Shown one piece after another: positions 47,929-56,585 of a DNA stretch of 64,000 bases. The notes below the pieces were generated by a model that saw nothing but the letters and a program-made list of their open reading frames with translations, was not told the DNA's origin and did not search any database. The stretch's first letter is position 1, and each line of letters begins with the position of its first letter. The DNA comes from Candidatus Latescibacterota bacterium (GTDB lineage: Bacteria > Latescibacterota > UBA2968), in the NCBI GenBank assembly GCA_965204375.1, contig OZ241986.1, forward strand, positions 2,496,001 through 2,560,000. Reading direction: 5' to 3'. The translations under genes and the position numbers were made by a program.

Positions 47929-48609
47929 GTGATATTTCCGACCCCCGAAGAATACACCGTCCTCATCCTATCGCTTAAAGTAGGCCTGCTCTGCGTGGTA
48001 ATAAGCCTGCCCTTTGCCGTATTGTTGGGATGGGTGTTGGCGCGCAAAAACTTTCGGGGCAAGCTCATCCTCGACGGCCTGTGTCACCTCCCCCTTGTAT
48101 TGCCGCCTGTGGTTGTCGGGTATCTACTCCTTCTCCTGTTGGGACGCAGAGGTTTTCTGGGTCAAATTTTGAGCGACTGGTTTGGATTGCAAATCGCATT
48201 TACCTGGCGAGGTGCTGTATTAGCCGCTGCTGTAGTGGGTTTTCCACTCATGTTAAGAGCTGTTCGCCTCGCCATCGAAAGTGTTGACCCCCGCCTTGAG
48301 CGCGCTGCTCGCACCCTGGGAGCCAATCCGCTCCGCGCCTTTTTCTCCATAACGCTGCGCCTGGCCACCCCGGGCGTGCTCGTTGGCTCTCTCCTCACAT
48401 TTGCCCGCAGCCTTGGCGAATTTGGCGCCACCATCACCTTTGTCTCCAATATTGCCGGCGAAACCCGCACACTCCCGCTCGCCATATTCACGTACATCAA
48501 CCAGCCCGATGGCGAAGCCGCTGCCGCACGCCTCGTCTTACTCTCCATAATCCTATCTCTGGGCGCACTCATCGCCAGTGAGACTATCGCCCGCAAAATG
48601 AAAAATTAA
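47929..48609 (+). CDS. modB: Molybdate ABC transporter permease
   Basis: LPLVLPPVVVG, FTWRGA, FARSLGEFGAT, TRTLPLAI. Confidence 0.93.
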   Translation: MIFPTPEEYTVLILSLKVGLLCVVISLPFAVLLGWVLARKNFRGKLILDGLCHLPLVLPPVVVGYLLLLLLGRRGFLGQILSDWFGLQIAFTWRGAVLAAAVVGFPLMLRAVRLAIESVDPRLERAARTLGANPLRAFFSITLRLATPGVLVGSLLTFARSLGEFGATITFVSNIAGETRTLPLAIFTYINQPDGEAAAARLVLLSIILSLGALIASETIARKMKN

Positions 48610-48615
48610 AACATC

Positions 48616-49677
48616 ATGCTCACCCTTTGCGTACACAGGCAACTCGCCGAATTTACCCTTCAAATCGATGTGACGTGTGCCTATCCCGTCACCGCGGTAT
48701 TTGGACCTTCAGGATCTGGCAAAACCACCCTCTTGAATCTCATAAGCGGTCTGATGCGACCAGATAGCGGTCAAATCAGCATTGACGACACCATTTTATT
48801 TCACGCTAAAAAAGGCATTGACCTGCCACCGGAAAAGCGACGTATAGGCCACGTATTTCAAGACGATTTGCTCTTTCCACACCTGACCGTGCGCCAAAAT
48901 CTCCTGTACGGGTATCAATTTCTCGCGCCATCAGAACGCAAATTTCATCCCGACACCATTATCGACCTGCTCGAATTGAACACCCTGCTCGACCGCCTCC
49001 CAAATCTCCTCTCAGGCGGTGAACGCCAGCGCGTCGCCCTGGGGCGAGCCATCCTGACTGCTCCCAGACTGCTCATCATGGATGAACCCCTGACCGCGCT
49101 CGATCAAGAGCTCAAAAACCGCATCATGCCCTATCTGCGCCACATTCGCACGGATCTGGGCATCCCCATGCTCTACGTCAGCCACGCAATTGGTGAAATT
49201 CTGCAACTCACCGGACAGGTCATTGTGCTCAACCGCGGACAAGTACTCGCGCATGGAGACTTCTTTTCTATCGCTCACCAGCCCAAAATTCTGCCCCTGC
49301 TCGAAGCGCATGGTTTTGAAAATGTCCTGCCCGTTGAAGTCATCGCATCCAATCGCGTGCAATACAACAACCAAATCCTCCATATCCCCCCCTGTGACCG
49401 CAGACCGGGCACACATATCTTTATAGGCATCCGGGCAAACGACATCATTTTGGGCCGACAACGACCTGCGGGTTTAAGCATTCGCAACGCCCTCTCTGGA
49501 TGGATTCTCGACATCGTTGAAACGCATGGGCGACGCCTCGTGTACCTCGATGTGGGTAAACGCCTCGCCGCCGAAGTCACGTCCGAAGCGATAGAGGAAT
49601 TGGCTTTAAAAATCGGCGATCCCGTAATTTGCCTGATAAAAACACACGCCATTCGCATAGGCCCAGATGTCTCTTGA
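48616..49677 (+). CDS. modC: Molybdate ABC transporter ATP-binding protein with TOBE domain
   Basis: GPSGSGKT, LPPEKRRIG, LSGGE, LSIRN TOBE. Confidence 0.93.
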   Translation: MLTLCVHRQLAEFTLQIDVTCAYPVTAVFGPSGSGKTTLLNLISGLMRPDSGQISIDDTILFHAKKGIDLPPEKRRIGHVFQDDLLFPHLTVRQNLLYGYQFLAPSERKFHPDTIIDLLELNTLLDRLPNLLSGGERQRVALGRAILTAPRLLIMDEPLTALDQELKNRIMPYLRHIRTDLGIPMLYVSHAIGEILQLTGQVIVLNRGQVLAHGDFFSIAHQPKILPLLEAHGFENVLPVEVIASNRVQYNNQILHIPPCDRRPGTHIFIGIRANDIILGRQRPAGLSIRNALSGWILDIVETHGRRLVYLDVGKRLAAEVTSEAIEELALKIGDPVICLIKTHAIRIGPDVS

Positions 49678-49850
49678 GGCCTGCGCCACCTCCATTTCCT
49701 CAAAAAAATCAAAATTTCTGAAACCCATTCACAACCTGCACTGTCTATTTATGTGACATTGGGTAACTATTTTCTTACTTTTCGTTTCAAAGTGCATCCA
49801 AAGGGATGTAACAGTGAAGATGAAAGTTGCAAAAAATTCCGATTTCTTCC

Positions 49851-49879
49851 TTGACGTAATGAAGTTCTCTAACTATCTT
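49851..49879 (+). promoter_or_regulatory. Sigma70 promoter heading a long structured leader
   Basis: TTGACG-N17-TATCTT. Confidence 0.6.
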
Positions 49880-50135
49880 TTTAAAGCTAAACAGTATTGT
49901 TGCAATCCACCAACCTCAATCAGGGAATCCATCGTGTATATCCGTAAACCCGCACCACAGGGCTGAGTCTCCTGGAAAGACATCCAGGGTAACACCTTTA
50001 CACGAGAAACTTTTGTGTTCAACTCGCTATTGTTGCCTTTAACCGTCCAATCCAGGATAGCTCGCAATTTGAATTGCACGCGCTCTTATTGCGCCTGGGG
50101 AGGACTATATGGCTTGTTGAATGCAAAAAAACACC

Positions 50136-50200
50136 GCCATCCTCTCCGGATGGCTTTTTTAATGGCCACAGCGCAAAACGAGACGCGGTGGCCCTTTTTT
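50136..50200 (+). terminator. Two tandem intrinsic terminators
   Basis: GCCATCC/GGATGGC plus T6 (50136-50160); GGCCAC/GTGGCC plus T6 (50164-50200). Confidence 0.75.
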
Positions 50201-50295
50201 GTGAAAGGAGGCACTGTGATTATTTGACAAACGATTGGTAAACACAATACCTGGCTCACCATTTCTCCCCCTTCATCAGAGAAAGGAGATCTGAT

Positions 50296-50400
50296 ATGAT
50301 GTCAGTACAAATAGAAAGGCCCTCACGCGAGTCTTTGGCGGGACGACGTGAGGACCCCAGATCACACCGACAAGTATATGCGGTGTTCCGCATAATTTAG
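50296..50400 (+). CDS. Possible small protein (34 aa)
   Basis: AAAGGAG RBS then MMSVQIERPSRESLAGRREDPRSHRQVYAVFRII. Confidence 0.35.
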   Translation: MMSVQIERPSRESLAGRREDPRSHRQVYAVFRII

Positions 50401-50451
50401 GACAAATTTCCGATAACTGCAAATGGAATCATAAACTTGTGGAGAAATTAG

Positions 50452-50649
50452 ATGCAAACATGGAAGGATGTATTCCGCAGAAAAGAGGAATTGCAAAATC
50501 TGAAAAACATCGGATTCTGCTTTCTGATTGTCGTTATCCTCATCACGGGTTCTTATGCCCTGACGGGGTTGCGCGACATTTTTCAAGTCTCGCTTGCGGA
50601 GCCTACCGAGTGGGAAATCACCGCAACGCCTGACGATATTGACGAGTAA
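50452..50649 (+). CDS. Small single-TM protein (65 aa)
   Basis: GGAG RBS; basic N-terminus, hydrophobic helix, acidic tail. Confidence 0.6.
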   Translation: MQTWKDVFRRKEELQNLKNIGFCFLIVVILITGSYALTGLRDIFQVSLAEPTEWEITATPDDIDE

Positions 50650-50696
50650 ACGACCATCCGCAGAAAAATTGATAACCATTCACCAGAGGATTAACC

Positions 50697-51278
50697 ATGC
50701 AGTACGCAGAAGAGCGGGATCTGGTGCGTCGCACATTAAATGGCGATGCCGGGGCTTTCAACAGCCTTTACAAACGCCATCACGCCCGAATTCTCGCCAC
50801 ACTAATTGGACGAACCAGAAATCGACACGATGCTGAAGATTTGATGCAAGTGACTTTCTTGCGCGCCTATCGCGGTTTGTCCGGATTCCGCGGGGAAGCC
50901 GCATTTTCAACATGGCTGATGCAAATTGCCCTGAATGTGTGTACCACGCACATGCGATCCAAACAAGCCCGTCGATCGTGGCAACAAACCATTGAAGATC
51001 CACAACTCGGTTATCGAGATACGTGGGAGCCAGCCAGTACAGAGCGTCCCGACGATGCGTTATCTCGAAAAGAATGCCGCGAAATGCTCGAAGAGAGCAT
51101 AGAAGAACTGCCGCAGCGATATCGCCATGCCGTGCGCTTGCGCTATGTACAGGATCGATCTTATGCGGAAATTGCCAGAGAACTCGGCGTGCCGATGGGC
51201 ACCCTGAAAACCTGGCTTCATCGCGCGCGACACCAGTTGCAAGAATCTCTTAATGACACGGAACTTGCGGCAATGTAA
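50697..51278 (+). CDS. ECF RNA polymerase sigma factor
   Basis: DAEDLMQVTFLRAY, FSTWLMQIA.N, SYAEIA.ELGVPMGTLKTWLHRAR. Confidence 0.93.
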   Translation: MQYAEERDLVRRTLNGDAGAFNSLYKRHHARILATLIGRTRNRHDAEDLMQVTFLRAYRGLSGFRGEAAFSTWLMQIALNVCTTHMRSKQARRSWQQTIEDPQLGYRDTWEPASTERPDDALSRKECREMLEESIEELPQRYRHAVRLRYVQDRSYAEIARELGVPMGTLKTWLHRARHQLQESLNDTELAAM

Positions 51279-51343
51279 AACGTCTTACAACGTGTTATGG
51301 CAATAGCTGTTAAATTTTAACAACCAAAGGAGAAATTCATTTT

Positions 51344-51556
51344 ATGCACTGTGACATTTGCGGGCGCGAAAACGCGCACATCCACAAAATCGACCGCATG
51401 TATGGCAAGGGGAAACACACCGTCACCATTCGCAATATTCCCCTCGCGATATGTTCGACCTGTGATGAACGCTATTTTGCGCCTCGCATACCCGACAAAG
51501 CCGAGCAACTGAGTCCAGTACTTCACAAACACTCAGAATCGACTTGTCTCGCGTAA
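51344..51556 (+). CDS. YgiT-type zinc finger protein (copy 1)
   Basis: CDIC...IRNIPLAICSTCDERYF. Confidence 0.82.
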   Translation: MHCDICGRENAHIHKIDRMYGKGKHTVTIRNIPLAICSTCDERYFAPRIPDKAEQLSPVLHKHSESTCLA

Positions 51557-51567
51557 ACAAGTAGCTT

Positions 51568-51603
51568 AAAAAAAGCCGCCGATAGATGTACCGGCGGCTT
51601 TTT
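51568..51603. terminator. Bidirectional intrinsic terminator
   Basis: A run-GCCGCCG/CGGCGGC-T run. Confidence 0.8.
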
Positions 51604-51605
51604 AG

Positions 51606-51642
51606 TGTTCATTTTCGGACACTACTGTATCAAAATCGGACA
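51606..51642. promoter_or_regulatory. Tandem putative enhancer-binding-protein sites
   Basis: TGT-N10-ACA (51606-51621) and TGT-N11-ACA (51626-51642), both ending TCGGACA. Confidence 0.5.
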
Positions 51643-51805
51643 CTTGTCCCTATAATTAAACTTAGATGAAGCCAGCTATTTTTTCTTTACGCCAGTATCC
51701 AAATTTTTCAAAAAAAATTAAGCGTTTTATTTTCAACATGTTATGAATACGAAAAAGGGATCAGTCAGCAAAAAAGTGCCCAAAATATTGACCTATAAAA
51801 AATTT

Positions 51806-51820
51806 TGGCACGATTTTTGT
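51806..51820 (+). promoter_or_regulatory. Putative sigma54 -24/-12 promoter
   Basis: TGGCAC-GATTT-TTGT versus consensus TGGCAC-N5-TTGC. Confidence 0.55.
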
Positions 51821-51922
51821 TGTATTCAAATGCAAAATCAATTTCCGTCTGGTCATACTCGCGGTGGCGTAAAATGTTGAACAGATATTGCAACCGCGCC
51901 ATTTTAACAATCTGAGGACATC

Positions 51923-52144
51923 ATGCACTGCGACATTTGCGGCCGTAAAAATGCGTACATCCACAAACTTGACCGCACGTATGGCAAGGGGAAACATACC
52001 ATTACCATTCGCAACATTTCCCTTGCGATATGTTCGACTTGTGATGAACGTTATTTTGCGTCCCCCATACCCGACAACGCTGAGCAACTGAGCCCAGTGC
52101 TACACACTGAGACCAAATATTCAGAAGCGATGTATCTCGTCTAA
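51923..52144 (+). CDS. YgiT-type zinc finger protein (copy 2)
   Basis: 52 of the first 61 aa identical to copy 1. Confidence 0.82.
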   Translation: MHCDICGRKNAYIHKLDRTYGKGKHTITIRNISLAICSTCDERYFASPIPDNAEQLSPVLHTETKYSEAMYLV

Positions 52145-52217
52145 AGACGCGCAACAAAAGGTTGTCGATAGCATCTATCGGTGGCTTTAGGGAGTCCAAT
52201 TTTCAAAGGAGGTTCTC

Positions 52218-54740
52218 ATGCTCAAAAATTACCTGACCATTGCCCTGCGAAATCTGGTACGCTACAAAATATATACAGCGATCAATGCCCTCGGCCTGGC
52301 AACGGGCATTGCATTTTGCCTGCTCACATTTCTCTATGTGCGGCACGAATGGACTTATGATCAATTTCACGAAAAAACTGACCGCATTTACCGACTCGGC
52401 ATGTCTGGCGGAATGTTTGGCGGAAGAGACAATGCCACACATGTCCGACTATCGGATCAAATTGGACCACTTATGCGAGAAAACATCCCGCAATTCGCTC
52501 ACGTTGTGCGAATCCACGAAGGTCCAGGAACTATATCTCACGGCAATAACACCTTTGAAGTAAAATCTCTGTTCACCGACGAAGACTTTTTTCAACTATT
52601 CACGTTTCCACTCATTCACGGCGATCCCAAAACCGTGCTCGCAAACCCAAACAGCATTGTCTTAACGCACAGTGCGGCGCAAAAACATTTCGGACATAAC
52701 GATGTTTTGGGGCAGGAAATCAGCATCCGCGACAAAGTCTGGAAAGAGGAAGAGAAGACTTTTGTCGTAGCGGGTATCGCACAGGATCCCCCTGAAAATT
52801 CCAGCATTCAATTCGACCTGATTCTTTCCCACGCAAGCCGTCCGCCCTCCGGGCCCAAAATAACGTCATTTGTCATGAGACCAGACGGCAAAACCGAACG
52901 CAGAGAAATTGACTCGCCCGTCTTTTCAAGGGGAAAAAATGTCACTTATATACAACTCATTGACAACATACAACTGGCAGACGTGACGCCTGTCCTGGAG
53001 GCATTTGTTAAAGCAAACAAAACCAATTTCGAGTCTAAACGCAAGACCCCGGACGCGACCTTGCACTTACAACCCATTGCAGATATCCATTTTGATCGCG
53101 AAATAACAAATGGACTTTCAGCACCGAGCAACCCCGCCTATTCCTATATCCTCGCGGGCATTGCCCTATCCGTATTGCTCGTGGCGTGCATCAATTTTAC
53201 GAACCTCGCCATTGCGCGGTCTGCGACCCGAGCGCGAGAGGTGGGAATACGCAAAGTAGTGGGTGCGATGCGTTTTCAATTGATGAAACAGTTCTGGGGT
53301 GAGTCTTTGCTGCTCACGGGTGTGGGAATGCTACTGGGACTTGCATTAACAGAATTTTTTCTTTTGACCTTCAACGCTTTGACACAGGTGAATTTAACGC
53401 TGGATTATCGGCCTTCTCTATCCGGCGTGCTCTTTGGCCTGTCGCTCTTATTGATTATCAGTCTGGTCTCGGGCATCTATCCGGCACTTGTGCTATCGGG
53501 TTTTGACCCCATTGCCGTTTTGAAGAACAGATTCAACATCGGCGGCAGGTCCTGGTCTGGTCGCGTCCTGATCGTTGGTCAGTTCGTCGTTGCGATTTTA
53601 TTTTTAATTGCCACCCTTGTGATGTCTCGGCAGCTAACATTCTTAAAAGAAAAGAATCTGGGCTTGAATGAGTCACAGGTCGTATTGATAAAACCGCGGG
53701 GCTTGCCAACAGACCGTAAGCAACGCCATCGGATACTGCAACTCTTCAAGCAAGAACTCAAACGGCACCCTCAGATCGTAAACGTGACGCAATCGGGTTT
53801 GTTCTCTCACCTGGAAGCAGACTCAGACACCCGCAAAAGCAATATTACATTTCCCAATGGAGAAGTGGTGGAAAAAGCTGATATTTCCGTGGATTACGAT
53901 TTCTTCAACACATTGGGTATCAACTTGCTGGCGGGACGCAACTTTTCGCCAGATTTTGGCACAGATGCAACACAAGCCGTTCTGGTCAATAAAACATTTG
54001 TCGAACGCACGCAACTGGAACAGCCATTGAACACGACCTTGCCCATGACAAAAATGATGGGCTATTTTGCGCAGGGAGACAGCTTACCAAAAGTTCAGCG
54101 AATAAAAGATCCCAAAATTATCGGTGTCGTAGATGATTTTCACTTAAAGTCGCTGCACCATGCTCTACCCCCTTTGGTAATATTTTTAGACGCAGCCAGC
54201 TTGAGCAGCGATTTCCTTGTACGCATTCGCCCAGAACGCATACCAGAAACACTCGCCTTTATGGCTGAAAAATGGCAGTCTATCGCGGGCGATGCACCGT
54301 TTGATTACGTCTTCCTCGACGAAAATTTTGATCGCCTCTACCGCGAGGAAGAACGCTGGGGCACCATTGTCCAATACGCCTCCTTCTTCGCGCTCTTTGT
54401 CGCCTGCCTCGGAGTTCTGGGTCTCACATCCCTCGCCATTACCCGACGCACCAAAGAAATCGGCATCCGCAAGGTACTCGGCGCATCGAACCATCACATC
54501 GTCGCCTTATTGTCCAGAGAATTTGTGGTACTCATTCTCATCGCCAATCTGATCGCCTGGCCCATCGCCCATTACGGCGTCGAGCACTGGCTGCGGGATT
54601 TCGCCTACCGCATTGATGCTGGTATGGGACTCTTTTTCCTCGGCGGATTGCTCGTCTTTTTAACAGCCCTGCTCACCATTGGCATTCAAGCCCTCAAAGC
54701 CGCACAGCGCAATCCCGTCCACGCCCTGCGATATGAGTGA
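52218..54740 (+). CDS. ABC transporter permease (duplicated MacB/FtsX type)
   Basis: MLKNYLTIALRNL, ACINFTNL, REVGIRKV.GA, RTKEIGIRKVLGA, NPV.ALRYE. Confidence 0.92.
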   Translation: MLKNYLTIALRNLVRYKIYTAINALGLATGIAFCLLTFLYVRHEWTYDQFHEKTDRIYRLGMSGGMFGGRDNATHVRLSDQIGPLMRENIPQFAHVVRIHEGPGTISHGNNTFEVKSLFTDEDFFQLFTFPLIHGDPKTVLANPNSIVLTHSAAQKHFGHNDVLGQEISIRDKVWKEEEKTFVVAGIAQDPPENSSIQFDLILSHASRPPSGPKITSFVMRPDGKTERREIDSPVFSRGKNVTYIQLIDNIQLADVTPVLEAFVKANKTNFESKRKTPDATLHLQPIADIHFDREITNGLSAPSNPAYSYILAGIALSVLLVACINFTNLAIARSATRAREVGIRKVVGAMRFQLMKQFWGESLLLTGVGMLLGLALTEFFLLTFNALTQVNLTLDYRPSLSGVLFGLSLLLIISLVSGIYPALVLSGFDPIAVLKNRFNIGGRSWSGRVLIVGQFVVAILFLIATLVMSRQLTFLKEKNLGLNESQVVLIKPRGLPTDRKQRHRILQLFKQELKRHPQIVNVTQSGLFSHLEADSDTRKSNITFPNGEVVEKADISVDYDFFNTLGINLLAGRNFSPDFGTDATQAVLVNKTFVERTQLEQPLNTTLPMTKMMGYFAQGDSLPKVQRIKDPKIIGVVDDFHLKSLHHALPPLVIFLDAASLSSDFLVRIRPERIPETLAFMAEKWQSIAGDAPFDYVFLDENFDRLYREEERWGTIVQYASFFALFVACLGVLGLTSLAITRRTKEIGIRKVLGASNHHIVALLSREFVVLILIANLIAWPIAHYGVEHWLRDFAYRIDAGMGLFFLGGLLVFLTALLTIGIQALKAAQRNPVHALRYE

Positions 54741-54827
54741 GATCGATTTTCCCATTTGACAGGACAGGGCAAATCGTGAATATTTAAAAAAGAGGAAATA
54801 GGAACCGTTGTTGACCAGGAGACTCAA

Positions 54828-55127
54828 ATGGCTCGCATAGATATTCCCAGAATCGCATATCCCCACATCGACCAAAATCCAGATATCCTCTCGGGCGAAC
54901 CCATTATACGAGGAACACGCATTGGCGTGCGGCACATCGCAGAATGGGATCGTCAGGGATATAGTGTAGATGAAATTATCGCACAATACCCTCACTTAAC
55001 CCATGCACAGGTTCAAGATGCCCTGTCTTATGCTTTTGATCACAAGTCTGAAATTGATCAACTCATCCAGACAAATACAGAAGACGCTGTCCGGTCAAAA
55101 TATCAAGATAGTGCATGGATGCCATAA
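54828..55127 (+). CDS. DUF433-domain protein (putative antitoxin)
   Basis: PDILSGEPIIRGTRIGV, YPHLT..QV.DALSY. Confidence 0.88.
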   Translation: MARIDIPRIAYPHIDQNPDILSGEPIIRGTRIGVRHIAEWDRQGYSVDEIIAQYPHLTHAQVQDALSYAFDHKSEIDQLIQTNTEDAVRSKYQDSAWMP

Positions 55128-55187
55128 CCCATTGATTTTATTTTTTAAAAAAGTTTAATTGTTTTCCATTAAGCTGCAAAATTTCCC

Positions 55188-55216
55188 TTGACACCTGTAC
55201 TTTTGTTTAGTATTTT
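55188..55216 (+). promoter_or_regulatory. Sigma70 promoter of a two-gene unit
   Basis: TTGACA-N17-TATTTT. Confidence 0.65.
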
Positions 55217-55260
55217 TGTGCATAGAACGTTGAGACATAATCCTTCGACAGGAGGTAATC

Positions 55261-55557
55261 ATGGCAAGCATTGAGATTCAGACCGAACAGGAGATTGGGG
55301 AAATTCTATTGTCCGATTTAAGTCGAGATTTACTCAAAGTTGCCGATCGCATTCAGGCCGAGATGCCGCATGTGCCTTTTGATGCCATTCGCCCCGAAGC
55401 CCTGGCGCGCGTCGAAGCCGCCGAGCAAGCTGTCGATACCCTGGCACGAGATTTGGCCCAGGGACAGGGAGAACTCACTGAGTGGCACGGTGCCCTGACG
55501 AATTACGAATCGGCCTGGTTTCAGGTTATTGAGTCTTTAGGCGTCCGCAATAATTAA
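55261..55557 (+). CDS. Hypothetical helical protein (98 aa)
   Basis: AGGAGGT RBS; amphipathic helices; no motif recognised. Confidence 0.75.
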   Translation: MASIEIQTEQEIGEILLSDLSRDLLKVADRIQAEMPHVPFDAIRPEALARVEAAEQAVDTLARDLAQGQGELTEWHGALTNYESAWFQVIESLGVRNN

Positions 55558-55643
55558 ATCGCAAACCATATATTCACGTTTATTTTCGGCAATAAATAAC
55601 CCGTTGTATTGCCGATTTCCACGAAAGCAAAGGAGAGATAGCG

Positions 55644-56381
55644 ATGTCCCAGCGAGATATGAAAACGAATAACTCAAATATGAAGGCGACAGCAGCCCAA
55701 CCCATCGACCACATCAAAACTCAGATTGCAGAGTCTGAAGGTTTCCCCATCGAGAAAATCGACGAGTTTGTGGTATTCATCCAGAACGATCCCTACATCA
55801 CGTCTGCGGGTTTGCAGTACAAAATGTTGCAAACCTATAAGGCTGGCAAATTCGCAGTACAGGCTGTAATGCCTTCCAAAGAAGAATACGCTCTGTTGCG
55901 GCGGATGATGGGATTAAAAGATGAGGAACCGCTGGTGGTAATGCGCGGTGAGGTGTGGGTCGAGGGACTTGCGCGTCCTTTTGTCGATTACGGCACCACA
56001 ACGCCTAAGAATCTCAAAGGATTTGTGCGGTTTTCAGATTACCCACTCGAAATGGCGACGCGACGCGCCACCAATCGAGCGATGCGTTTGGCTACCGCGA
56101 CGGGGATGTGTTCTGTCGATGAGCTACAGGTAGCCACAGACGCCGCACAGACTAACGGAGATGTTGAAGCGATGCACAACGGTTCATCTGCCACGCAAAG
56201 TCAGATTGATCTGATTAAAAATCTGGGGCGCAGTCCACGGCTAACCGAGCGAGAACGCGAGCGATTGAAAACCCAGATTGAAGGTGGATTGGACAAGCGC
56301 CAAGCATCCGAACTGATCCAAAAAATAAAAACGAGGTTAGACGCTCGGCGCAAAGCTGATGCACAACCTATCGCGGCTTGA
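55644..56381 (+). CDS. Putative single-strand annealing protein (RecT/Red-beta/Rad52-like)
   Basis: PYITSAGL, EMATRRATNRAMRLATATGMCSVDEL; C-terminal ATQSQI...LDKRQASELI; AAGGAG RBS. Confidence 0.55.
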   Translation: MSQRDMKTNNSNMKATAAQPIDHIKTQIAESEGFPIEKIDEFVVFIQNDPYITSAGLQYKMLQTYKAGKFAVQAVMPSKEEYALLRRMMGLKDEEPLVVMRGEVWVEGLARPFVDYGTTTPKNLKGFVRFSDYPLEMATRRATNRAMRLATATGMCSVDELQVATDAAQTNGDVEAMHNGSSATQSQIDLIKNLGRSPRLTERERERLKTQIEGGLDKRQASELIQKIKTRLDARRKADAQPIAA

Positions 56382-56455
56382 TTTTGAGCCGGTTGTAGCG
56401 CGCATTCTTTCGTCAGGGGAGAGGGGAAGGATTTAGCGTACAACCGGCACTTAAT

Positions 56456-56498
56456 AAAAAAGCGGGAGCTCTTTGAGAGCCCCGCTTTTTTGTTTTTT
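56456..56498 (+). terminator. Intrinsic terminator
   Basis: AAAAAGCGGG..GCTCT/AGAGC..CCCGCTTTTTT. Confidence 0.85.
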
Positions 56499-56585
56499 CG
56501 GCTAATAGTGCCCTCTTGTGCTTTCGTTTCCTTTTGTGTATCATGAGGCAAACTGGCAGACGATCAAAAATGCGACAAAAGGCGT

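Noticed and set aside
49950-50200. TPP, c-di-GMP or Moco riboswitch
   Set aside because: GGGCTGAG and GCAAAA fragments are present but the remaining consensus elements are missing, and the region lies downstream of modBC
55196-55209. TGTAC-N4-GTTTA as an SOS box in the annealase promoter
   Set aside because: Several mismatches to known LexA boxes, and the motif for this lineage is unknown to me
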